64,000 bases of DNA from Thiobacillus sp. (GTDB taxonomy: Bacteria; Pseudomonadota; Gammaproteobacteria; Burkholderiales; Thiobacillaceae), in the NCBI GenBank assembly GCA_031426835.1, contig JASJPF010000016.1:24023-88022 (forward strand). Reading direction: 5' to 3'. Under the pieces are notes generated by a model, which was not told where the DNA came from, did no database searches, and saw nothing but the letters and a program-made list of their open reading frames with translations. Numbering within the stretch: position 1 is the first letter of the stretch; each line of letters begins with the position of its first letter. This document shows, one piece after another, positions 34,831 to 43,375 of the stretch. The position numbers and the translations under genes are program-made.

Positions 34831-37623
34831 ATGCTCCTATTTTCACACCCGTGTACCGCCCGACCAAACCGCTTGCTGCTCACCTGCTTGCTATGTCTCG
34901 GGCTTGCCGCCTGCGGTGGGGAAAATAGCGAGTCGCTCCTTAACCAGGCAAAAGAAAGCATCGCCAAAGGCGACCTGAAAGCAGCAACCATCCAGCTCAA
35001 AAACGCGGTTGCCGCAGACGACAAAAACGCCAATGCACGTTATGAGCTGGGCAAGTTATATCTCGAACAGAATGACATGCCCAGCGCCGAAAAAGAGTTC
35101 CGGCGTGCCCGTGAAGCCGGCTATGCAGCAAGCACCGTCAATCCGATGATTGCCCGCGCAGTGCTCGGGCAGCGTGAATACCAGCGAGTACTGGATGAGC
35201 TGCCCGCCCCGACCGACAGCAACTCAGATGCCGCCACGCTGCATGCCCTCCGCGCCACGGCTGAACTCGGATTAGGCCGCAAGGAAGAAGCGCGCAAAAC
35301 GATACAGGGCGCAATGCAAGCCGCGCCCGACAATGTCGATGTCCATCTGACGCTGGCCCAATTGGCGCTGTCTGACGGCGATGCTGAAAAGGCCATGCAG
35401 GAACTCGACCAGGCTTTGCGCATCGACCCCAAACACCGCGACAGCCTGTTGCTGAAGGGCGACCTGCTGCGCGCCACCAAAAAGCCGGTTGAAGCCGCCG
35501 CGATCTATCGTGAAGTCCTCCAAATCGACCCCCGGCATACCGGTGCCCGACTGGCACTGGCGGGCATTGCCATCGCCGACAACAAACTGGATGAGGCGCG
35601 CAAGGAAGTCGACGCCGCACTCAAGGTCGCCCCCGGCAACCTGCAAGCGCGCTACACCGAGGCGCTGATCGATTTTCGCGAAAAGAAAACCGAAATTGCA
35701 CGCGACCATCTGGCAGCCGTGTTGAAGGCCGCGCCCGGTTTCGTGCCCGCGCTGTTGCTGGGCGGCTCGATCGAATACGCACTCGGCAACCTGCAAACTG
35801 CCGAAGCGTATCTCAACAAGGTGGTCAAAGCAGCACCAAATAACCTTTACGCGTTGCGCCTGCTGGCCGCTTCGCAATTACGCCTGGGCCGCCCGGACGA
35901 TGCAGTGCGAACCTTGGCTCCAGCGCTTAGATCGGCCAATCCAGACGCCGGCGCGCTGGTCGTTGCGGGCGAAATCGCCCTGGCCAAGAAAGATTTTTCT
36001 CAAGCATCGTCGTATTTCGAGCAAGCCGCCCAGCGTAATCCTGACAATGCTGCCATACGCACCGAACTCGGCATTTCCCGCCTGGCTCAGGGCGACAGCC
36101 GCGCCATGGCTGATCTGCAAGCCGCCGCCGAAATGGAAGGCGCCAACAGCCGGGCCGACACATTCATCATCCTCAACCAGCTCAAGAAGAAAGAATTTGA
36201 TGCCGCGTTGCAAAGCATCGCCGCACTTGAGAAGAAGCAGTCCGCCAGCCCGTTGACCTGGAACTACCGGGGCGCTGCTTACCTCGGCAAGCAGGACCTG
36301 GCCCGCGCACGCAACAGCTTCAGCCAGGCGCTCAAGCTCGATCCTGCATTCTTCCCCGCTGCGGCCAACCTGGCGCAACTCGACCTCAAGGATAAGCAGC
36401 CCGCTGCCGCAAAAAGCCGCTTTGAGGGCATCCTCAAGGCCGACCCCAAGCACCTCAACGCGATGCTCGCGCTGGCCGATCTGAGCCTGCTCGACAAAGA
36501 TGAAAAAAACTACGTCAACTGGCTGGAAAAAGCCGCCTCCGCCCATCCCCAGGCACTGCAGCCGCGGATCGCGCTAGCCCGCTACCTACTGGCCAAAGGC
36601 GACAAGAACAAAGCGCTCGCCGTGGCGCGTGAAGCCGTCAACGCTCAACCTGACAACCCCGCCGCACTCGATCTGCTCGGCACCACCCAACTGGCGCTGG
36701 GCGACACCACCAACGCGCTGGGCAGCTACCGCAAACTGGTCGAACGCCAGCCCGGTCAGGCCATCCCCCTGATCAAGCTTGCGAACGCCCAGATCGTTGC
36801 CAAAGACCTCGCCAGTGCACGCAAAACCCTGCAAGACGCCCTACGCATCCAGCCTGACTTCCTGGACGCTCAACTGATGCTGGGGGGTATCGAGATTCAG
36901 GGTGCACGCTTTGATGAGGCGCAAAAACTCGCCAAGCAAGTGCAGCAGCAAAAGCCCGACAATCCGGCGGGTTTCATTCTAGAAGGCGATGCCGCGTTTG
37001 CGCGCAAGGACTATTCCGCCGCGCTCGCAGCATACGAGCGCGCACACAAAATCCAACCTTCCGGCGCACTACTCGTCCGCCAACTGCAAGTTTTCAACGC
37101 CACCCAGCGCCCCGAAGAAGGCGAAAAACGCCTCATCACCTGGCTTGCCAGCCACCCGAAAGACGCCAGCATCCGTGCCGCGCTGGCCGAAAGCTTAATC
37201 AATCGCAATCAGTACAGGGCCGCCTCCGAACACTACCTAGTGCTGAACCATGGCAACCCAAACAATCTTGTCGTTCTCAACAATTTGGCTTGGGCGCTGC
37301 TTGAAGCCCGCGATAAGCGGGCGTTGTCCTTTGCCGAGCAAGCGCTAAAACTTCAGCCCGGCAACCCCTCGGTCCTTGACACCTACGGCTGGGTGCTGGC
37401 CAACAACGGCCAAGCACAAAAGAGCTTGGAATTTCTGCGCAAAGCCAATGCAGCCGCGCCCGACAATGCGGACATTCAATGGCATCTTGCCTATGCACTT
37501 TATCTTTCGGGCGACACCCTGCGCGCTCGCCGCGAACTGGATGTTCTGCTTAGCAGCGGACGTACATTCAGCGCGCTGGACGCCGCCCACAAACTGCAGG
37601 CCAAGTTATCCACCAACTATTAA
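34831..37623 (+). CDS. prsT: PEP-CTERM system TPR-repeat lipoprotein PrsT (copy 1)
   Basis: 930 aa, lipobox LGLAAC, TPR repeats throughout. Confidence 0.85.
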   Translation: MLLFSHPCTARPNRLLLTCLLCLGLAACGGENSESLLNQAKESIAKGDLKAATIQLKNAVAADDKNANARYELGKLYLEQNDMPSAEKEFRRAREAGYAASTVNPMIARAVLGQREYQRVLDELPAPTDSNSDAATLHALRATAELGLGRKEEARKTIQGAMQAAPDNVDVHLTLAQLALSDGDAEKAMQELDQALRIDPKHRDSLLLKGDLLRATKKPVEAAAIYREVLQIDPRHTGARLALAGIAIADNKLDEARKEVDAALKVAPGNLQARYTEALIDFREKKTEIARDHLAAVLKAAPGFVPALLLGGSIEYALGNLQTAEAYLNKVVKAAPNNLYALRLLAASQLRLGRPDDAVRTLAPALRSANPDAGALVVAGEIALAKKDFSQASSYFEQAAQRNPDNAAIRTELGISRLAQGDSRAMADLQAAAEMEGANSRADTFIILNQLKKKEFDAALQSIAALEKKQSASPLTWNYRGAAYLGKQDLARARNSFSQALKLDPAFFPAAANLAQLDLKDKQPAAAKSRFEGILKADPKHLNAMLALADLSLLDKDEKNYVNWLEKAASAHPQALQPRIALARYLLAKGDKNKALAVAREAVNAQPDNPAALDLLGTTQLALGDTTNALGSYRKLVERQPGQAIPLIKLANAQIVAKDLASARKTLQDALRIQPDFLDAQLMLGGIEIQGARFDEAQKLAKQVQQQKPDNPAGFILEGDAAFARKDYSAALAAYERAHKIQPSGALLVRQLQVFNATQRPEEGEKRLITWLASHPKDASIRAALAESLINRNQYRAASEHYLVLNHGNPNNLVVLNNLAWALLEARDKRALSFAEQALKLQPGNPSVLDTYGWVLANNGQAQKSLEFLRKANAAAPDNADIQWHLAYALYLSGDTLRARRELDVLLSSGRTFSALDAAHKLQAKLSTNY

Positions 37624-37635
37624 GGGCCCTTCCTG

Positions 37636-40431
37636 ATGAATCTGGTTTCCACTTCCCTGCCTTCCCGTCTAGCCCCCCTTGCCGCAGCCCTCTTGTTTGC
37701 ACTGACACCCATGTCTGGCTGCGGACGTGCCGCTAATGTCTCAGCCGAAGAACATATCCAGCGCGCTAAGGACATGAATGCAGAAGGCAACCTAAAAGGG
37801 ATGGTCATCGAACTCAAGAATGCGATTCAGAAATCACCCGACAATCCACAAGCGCGCCTGATGCTCGGGGAAACCTACCTTGATTTCAAGCTGGGCGATA
37901 ACGCCGCGAAGGAGTTCGAGAGGGCCCGCAGCCTGGGGGTGAGCAAAGCCGTTATTAACCCTCTGCGTGGCGAAGCCCTGATTCTCACCAAAGATTATCA
38001 GCGCGTGCTCAACGAGTTGCAGGTGACCAATGATGCCAACCCGCGTGACAGGGCACGCATCCTGCAACTTCGCGGCGATGCCCTGCTGGGGTTACGCAAA
38101 TTTGCGGAAGGCTGCGCGCTTTATCATGAGGCGAATCAGGCCGACCCCCAGTGGCACAAGGCGCTTACGGGCATCGCCGCCTGCGATTTTGCCCAAAACA
38201 AAGTCAGCGAGGCACGGCTCGCCCTGCTGCAAGCGATCAAGCTTGAGCCGCGTTCAGTCGAAGCCTGGATCATGCTGTCCAGGCTGGAGCGCTCGCAAAA
38301 TCAGTCTCAGGCAGCCCGCACCGCGCTCGACAACGCGCTTAAGGCCAACAATGCCAGTCTGGGCGCCCTTGTCGAACGCGCCTCCTTGCTGATCGCGCTG
38401 CATGACTTCAAGGCCGCGCACAAGGATGTGGAACGCATGCGTACTTTGTATCCCAAGCATTTCATGAGCGATTACGTGCAGGCGCTGCTGGCGTTTAACG
38501 AAAAGAAACTGGAAGTGGCGCGCGAGCATCTCGCTCACTCCCTTCAGACCGCCCCCGGTTATGTGCCCTCCATACTGCTGGGCGGGGCTATTGAATTCAG
38601 TCTAGGCAACATGCAGACTGCGGAATCCTACCTTGCCAAAGTGGTACAAAACTGGCCGCGGCATACCTACGCCATCCGCCTGCTGGCAGCCGCTCGCCTG
38701 CAACAAGGAAATACCGCGCTGGCAGCTGAAACGCTGGCGCTGCTGAATCCCGAACAATCCAGCGATGCGGCCGTCCTCATCATTGCGAGCGACATCGCTC
38801 TGGCGCAAAAGAACTTTGCTGCAGCCAGCAGTTACCTCGAAAAAGCGGCCGCGCTCAGCCCGGACAACGCCGGAATTCGCGCCCAACTGGGGATCGCCCG
38901 GCTGAGCGAAGGCGATAAACGCGCCCTCTCGGATTTGATGGCCGCTTCTGAACTCGACCCGGAGTGGAAGGGCGCCGACAGGTCGCTGATTCTCGGCCAT
39001 ATCCAGCAGCGGAATTACGACAGCGCCCTCGCCAGCATCGCCGTCCTCGAAAAGAAAGCGCCGAACAGCCCTGAACCCTGGAATTACCGCGGGGTGGTGT
39101 ACCTCAGTCAGCAGCATTTTGCCAAGGCCCGCGAAAGCTTCGAACAGGCGCTCAAACTGGATCCTGGCCACTTCCCCTCAGCGGCCAACCTGGCTGAACT
39201 GGACTTGCACGACAAGCAGCCGGCCGCCGCCAAACAACGTTTCGAATCCGTGCTACAAGTTGACAAAACCAATCTCAACGCCATGCTCGGTCTGGCCTCA
39301 CTGGCTGCGCGTGGCGGTAACGCCCAGGAACATCTGGCGCGGCTGGAGCAGGCAAACAAGGCCGCGCCCAGCGCACTGAAACCCCTTGTCCTGCTAAGCG
39401 ATTTTTACCTGCGTCAGGGTGAGACCGCCAAGGCTCTGGTATATGCCCGCCAAGCGAAAGATGCCCATCCGAATCATGTCGCCGCACTGAGCACACTGGG
39501 CAACATTCAACTGGTCTCGGACGATGTGAACGGCGCACTATCCACCTATAAGAAACTGGCAGAACTCGCCCCCCAGTCTGCCGAAGTCCGGTTACGATTG
39601 GCACGCGCCCAACTCGTCAACAATCAGGCAGGTCCTGCCCGTTCCACCCTGCTTAAGGCACTGGAACTGGAGCCCGCAAACCCTGCGGTACAGGATGCCT
39701 TGCTGCAACTGGAATTGTCCGATCGCAAGTTCGAGGCCGCATTGCAGATCGCCCGGAAATTCCAGGCCAACCAGCCCAAATCGCCTTTGGGGTACGAGCG
39801 CGAAGGCGATGTGTCGGTTGCCCAAGGCCAGCCTGCACAGGCGGTAACCTGGTACGAGCGAGCCCTGAGTCACGGCCAATCCTCAAGCGGAGTCGTCAAG
39901 CTTCTGCGCGCGCTTCATTTTTCCGGTAATACGGTAAGCGTAGATAAGCAGCTGGCGGGCTGGCTTAAGTTGCACCCGGAAGACAAGTACGTGCGCGCCT
40001 ATGCTGCCGAGTATTACATGGTCACCCGGCGCAATCGGAACGCCATCGCGCAGTATGAATATCTGGTCCGCCTTGAACCCAACCGCGCCACCTACGTGAA
40101 CAACTTGGCCAGTCTTTACCAGCGCGAGCAGGACAAGCGCGCCCAAGCCACTGCAGAGCGCGCACTCAAGCTCGCGCCCAATGAGCCGGGCATCCAAGAT
40201 ACGCTGGGCTGGATTTTGGTCGAAAAAGGGCAGGTTGCATCAGGCCTGGAACTCCTGAAAAAGGCTGTTTCGTCCACCCCTCGGACCGCAGCAATGCACT
40301 ATCACTACGCCGTTGCCCTGGCACGGAGTGGCGACACGCTTCAAGCGAAAAAGGAACTACAGAGCCTGCTGGCCAAGCAGCCCAACTTTGCAGAAGCCGA
40401 GGCCGCACGAAAAATGCTGGCCACGCTTTAA
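37636..40431 (+). CDS. prsT: PEP-CTERM system TPR-repeat lipoprotein PrsT (copy 2, tandem paralog)
   Basis: 931 aa, lipobox PMSGC, colinear with copy 1. Example: copy 1 AKEFRRAREAGY...YQRVLDEL against copy 2 AKEFERARSLGV...YQRVLNEL. Confidence 0.85.
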   Translation: MNLVSTSLPSRLAPLAAALLFALTPMSGCGRAANVSAEEHIQRAKDMNAEGNLKGMVIELKNAIQKSPDNPQARLMLGETYLDFKLGDNAAKEFERARSLGVSKAVINPLRGEALILTKDYQRVLNELQVTNDANPRDRARILQLRGDALLGLRKFAEGCALYHEANQADPQWHKALTGIAACDFAQNKVSEARLALLQAIKLEPRSVEAWIMLSRLERSQNQSQAARTALDNALKANNASLGALVERASLLIALHDFKAAHKDVERMRTLYPKHFMSDYVQALLAFNEKKLEVAREHLAHSLQTAPGYVPSILLGGAIEFSLGNMQTAESYLAKVVQNWPRHTYAIRLLAAARLQQGNTALAAETLALLNPEQSSDAAVLIIASDIALAQKNFAAASSYLEKAAALSPDNAGIRAQLGIARLSEGDKRALSDLMAASELDPEWKGADRSLILGHIQQRNYDSALASIAVLEKKAPNSPEPWNYRGVVYLSQQHFAKARESFEQALKLDPGHFPSAANLAELDLHDKQPAAAKQRFESVLQVDKTNLNAMLGLASLAARGGNAQEHLARLEQANKAAPSALKPLVLLSDFYLRQGETAKALVYARQAKDAHPNHVAALSTLGNIQLVSDDVNGALSTYKKLAELAPQSAEVRLRLARAQLVNNQAGPARSTLLKALELEPANPAVQDALLQLELSDRKFEAALQIARKFQANQPKSPLGYEREGDVSVAQGQPAQAVTWYERALSHGQSSSGVVKLLRALHFSGNTVSVDKQLAGWLKLHPEDKYVRAYAAEYYMVTRRNRNAIAQYEYLVRLEPNRATYVNNLASLYQREQDKRAQATAERALKLAPNEPGIQDTLGWILVEKGQVASGLELLKKAVSSTPRTAAMHYHYAVALARSGDTLQAKKELQSLLAKQPNFAEAEAARKMLATL

Positions 40432-40629
40432 CGGAACGGCGGTACCTCAGGGGTTTAATGCCCCGCTTATGCCCCGCTTCCTCCGTGCCCCCTTCCTTGG
40501 GAAGGTATAGTCTTCCCCGGAACAGGGTGTAAAAAATTCCGACAAGCCCAACCTGATTGTCATGAGCCGCCTTTTAACAGGCAAGCATGAAGTTACAAAC
40601 AGACAGCCTTGCTCCGCCCCACAGACGAC

Positions 40630-40658
40630 AAAAAGCCCCGACCGAAGCCGGGGCTTTT
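40630..40658. terminator. Bidirectional rho-independent terminator between prsT copy 2 and the PEP-CTERM gene
   Basis: AAAA-AGCCCCG-accgaagc-CGGGGCT-TTT, 30 nt past the stop of the minus-strand gene. Confidence 0.7.
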
Positions 40659-40687
40659 CTGTATAAAACTTCCGAAACAGACGCCGA

Positions 40688-41449
40688 TCAGGCCGCCTTG
40701 CGACGGCGCAGGCTCAAGCCCATGCCCAGCAAACCCATGCCCAGCAGTGCAATGCTGCCCGGCTCCGGAACCTGGAACACAGCGCTCAGATCACCCGTAA
40801 CTGTCTGGGTGCCCGCAACGAGGAAGCTATCAAAGTCACCGTCCACGTTGACGCGCAGGTAGAAGGGATCGGGTGACACGAAGAAGTTTTTGCCTTCAGG
40901 GTCGACAAGCGTGAAGTCGGCGAAAACCAGGTCGAAGAAACCACCCACACCTGCCACGAGGACACCCGTGCCACTCGTCATGAGGCTTGCAAAAGCGATC
41001 TTATAGTCATCGCCTGCGTTGCCCAACGTGATCGGATCAGCACCTGTAGCACCCAGAGCCTTGGTTGTGTTCATGCCCGGGTCGATATACAGACTGAAGC
41101 CGCCGCCCGTTGCGTTGAACTGGGTTAGGCCGGGAACCAGCGGAACGGCAAAGCCGGTCGCGTCGAACAACGCATACAATGCATAGCCGCTGTTAATTAC
41201 GGAAGATTCCAGCACGGTCCCTTCATTGGAGAAGTACTGGCCGAAATTCCCATAAGCGTTGGTCACAAATGCACCGCCTGCCCCAAAAGTAATCCTTTCA
41301 GAGTAACCACCGTTCAGCTTGTCAGCATTTACCAGACCACCGCCAAACGCGGTTTCATCTACAGTAAAATCGGCGAATTCTGCAGCTTGGACAACGCTAC
41401 CGAGGCTGAGCGCGCCGGCAATTGCCAGGGATATCAGAGTTCTTTTCAT
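40688..41449 (-). CDS. Secreted PEP-CTERM sorting-domain protein (Gly/Ala/Phe-rich; PepA-like small structural protein)
   Basis: MKRTLISLAIAGALSLGSVVQA signal and C-terminal VPEPGSIALLGMGLLGMGLSLRRRKAA. Start at ATG 41449 is preceded by GGAG. Confidence 0.9.
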   Translation of the reverse strand: MKRTLISLAIAGALSLGSVVQAAEFADFTVDETAFGGGLVNADKLNGGYSERITFGAGGAFVTNAYGNFGQYFSNEGTVLESSVINSGYALYALFDATGFAVPLVPGLTQFNATGGGFSLYIDPGMNTTKALGATGADPITLGNAGDDYKIAFASLMTSGTGVLVAGVGGFFDLVFADFTLVDPEGKNFFVSPDPFYLRVNVDGDFDSFLVAGTQTVTGDLSAVFQVPEPGSIALLGMGLLGMGLSLRRRKAA

Positions 41450-41525
41450 GGTAAATCTCCTAATGGTATTTGTTAATGGTACTTGTTTAAGCCACATAGC
41501 CGCAGACTCGGCATGCCTAACAATA

Positions 41526-41541
41526 AGCACACGCTATGCCA
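41526..41541 (-). promoter_or_regulatory. Sigma-54 (-24/-12) promoter of the PEP-CTERM gene
   Basis: Minus strand reads TGGCATAGCGTGTGCT in canonical register, 77-92 nt upstream of ATG 41449. Confidence 0.65.
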
Positions 41542-41643
41542 GGACAAAAAACTCCAATAAAAACAATGCAATAAACCATGACTGGCAGACCAAGGTCTGC
41601 CTTCTGTAAAGTTTTTCGACACTCGCTACGCTTTAGGCCCACG

Positions 41644-41665
41644 AGAATTCCCGATTTGGAATTCT
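41644..41665. promoter_or_regulatory. Candidate enhancer (UAS) palindrome for the sigma-54 promoter
   Basis: AGAATTCC-CGATTT-GGAATTCT with perfect 8-bp arms. Its centre is ~114 nt upstream of the -24 GG. Confidence 0.45.
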
Positions 41666-41794
41666 GCTCTCCCTCCACAAACGCTACGTTTTTTGGGGCG
41701 GGCAAGCACTAAATTCGTTAGACGTGCCTCGCTTCCAGCGCAGATTAAAGTCTTGGCTATCTTTGTCGCTACAATTTACAGATATGGAGGCCCG

Positions 41795-42484
41795 ATGAAT
41801 TCGAAATCAACACGTACAGGCAAAACCCGCGACGAGATCGCCGCCGCCTACGATTCCCCACCTTGGTGGTATGACGTACGCGGCTTCTTCATCCTGACTT
41901 TTTCATATAACAGCACGCTTGCCGCACAGATCCGGCATTTTGGACGGAATTTTGGCCCCCGGCACATCGAAATCGCCTGCGGTTCCGGCACCCTGCTGGA
42001 TATCCTCCTGCGCTGGCGGAAGTGGAAAAAGCTCCCCGAGGTTCATATCGTGGGGGTGGATTACGCCGAATCCATGCTGGCGGGAGCGATTCACCGTTTT
42101 TCCGGCAATCCGCTGATTGAATTGCGGCTGGCCGATGCGGCTCACCTACCCTACCCGGATGCCAGCTTTGACAGCACCAATATCGCCAACGCCATTCATT
42201 GTCTGCCGGATGTGGATGGGGCCCTGCTCGACATTTACCGGGTATTGAAGCCAGGCGCGACGTTTGCTACTAATGTGCTGCTTTACCCGCGTGGCCCGCG
42301 GCCATTGAAATGGATTGCCGAACGGATTAACCACTGGGGAATACGCAAAGGCATTCTATACATGCCATACGAAAAGGAGGATATCCGCAAGAAGCTACTC
42401 GACGCGGGGTTTGAGATGGTTTCCGAGGACGTTTCCGGGAACTGCTATAACGTGCTGGCGCGAAAACCAGAGCTGCCCACCTAA
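41795..42484 (+). CDS. Class I SAM-dependent methyltransferase
   Basis: Motif I HIEIACGSGTLLD and post-I VGVDYAESML. GGAGG lies 5 nt before ATG 41795; the ORF track start at 41693 is unlikely. Confidence 0.85.
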   Translation: MNSKSTRTGKTRDEIAAAYDSPPWWYDVRGFFILTFSYNSTLAAQIRHFGRNFGPRHIEIACGSGTLLDILLRWRKWKKLPEVHIVGVDYAESMLAGAIHRFSGNPLIELRLADAAHLPYPDASFDSTNIANAIHCLPDVDGALLDIYRVLKPGATFATNVLLYPRGPRPLKWIAERINHWGIRKGILYMPYEKEDIRKKLLDAGFEMVSEDVSGNCYNVLARKPELPT

Positions 42485-42492
42485 ACTAACTT

Positions 42493-43365
42493 TCAGCGCT
42501 GGGCCTTGATGAAAGCCAACTGTCGGCGTGCTATCGCGAGGCCCAATCGTTGCATGGGATTGCGGTTCCCACCCGGCCGCCACGTCCGGGTAAATTTATT
42601 CTGGTATGCATCAAACTGACAGCCGTAGGGCACTGCCAGCACTTTTCCACGTTTCAACAGAATTTTGAGCGCTTCAGTAGCTGCGGCACCGGCGCATAAC
42701 TGGCATGCCATTGCCGTGGAAGGGCCGCGCTGTGCTGCAAGATCAACGGTCGAACGGTCCACCAAATAGCCTCTTTGCAGCATGGCAGGGGAGAGACCCA
42801 ACAAAAAGAGTAGGGCTTTTTCTTCATCAGACCTGCCCGAAAAGCGGAAATACTCCTCGAAGGTCATCTGTCCCGGCAATATGTTGACGATTGCCACCCC
42901 CATGCCCAGCGGGGCAGCGATGACCGCTGGAATTTTTAGCCGCTCGCAGGCACGGTAAACAGCCTCCCGTGCCTCAAACACAAAAAAATCCAGGCCATCC
43001 ACATAAAGGTCGACATCCTTGAAGAAATCATCCAGATTCTCTTCGCTGATGCCATGAGGAAATGACCGGATATCCAGTTCCGGGTTGATGTCCAGCGCCT
43101 GTCCAGCCATGACTTCGACCTTGGCATGACCCAAGGTACGCATGCTTGCACCCACTTGCCGGTTGAAGTTGACTTGATCGAAGGTGTCGAAGTCGGCGAT
43201 GTTGAATTTACCGACGCCCATGCGCACAAGCGTCAGGAGGTGAACGCCCCCCACCCCACCCATTCCGGCAATTGCGACGCGGGCATTGCGCAACGTTTGT
43301 TGTTCCGCGTCGGTGACCCAGCCTATATTCCTTGAAAAGGCTGTGTTGTATTCGAAATCTGACAT
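42493..43365 (-). CDS. ThiF/MoeB/HesA-family E1-like adenylyltransferase (stand-alone)
   Basis: 290 aa. Rossmann VAIAGMGGVGG, DFDTFDQVNFNRQ, and a single CQLC. Confidence 0.85.
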   Translation of the reverse strand: MSDFEYNTAFSRNIGWVTDAEQQTLRNARVAIAGMGGVGGVHLLTLVRMGVGKFNIADFDTFDQVNFNRQVGASMRTLGHAKVEVMAGQALDINPELDIRSFPHGISEENLDDFFKDVDLYVDGLDFFVFEAREAVYRACERLKIPAVIAAPLGMGVAIVNILPGQMTFEEYFRFSGRSDEEKALLFLLGLSPAMLQRGYLVDRSTVDLAAQRGPSTAMACQLCAGAAATEALKILLKRGKVLAVPYGCQFDAYQNKFTRTWRPGGNRNPMQRLGLAIARRQLAFIKAQR

Positions 43366-43375
43366 CTGAATGAGC

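Noticed and set aside
40458-40479. Perfect tandem 11-mer ATGCCCCGCTT x2 downstream of prsT copy 2.
   Set aside because: It is too short and too few copies to call a functional repeat. It is most simply a slippage duplication in a non-coding spacer.
41753-41770. TTGGCTATCTTTGTCGCT upstream of the methyltransferase, as a sigma-54 promoter.
   Set aside because: GG-to-GC spacing is one nucleotide too long (GG-N11-GC), and the -24 element is TGGCT rather than TGGCA.
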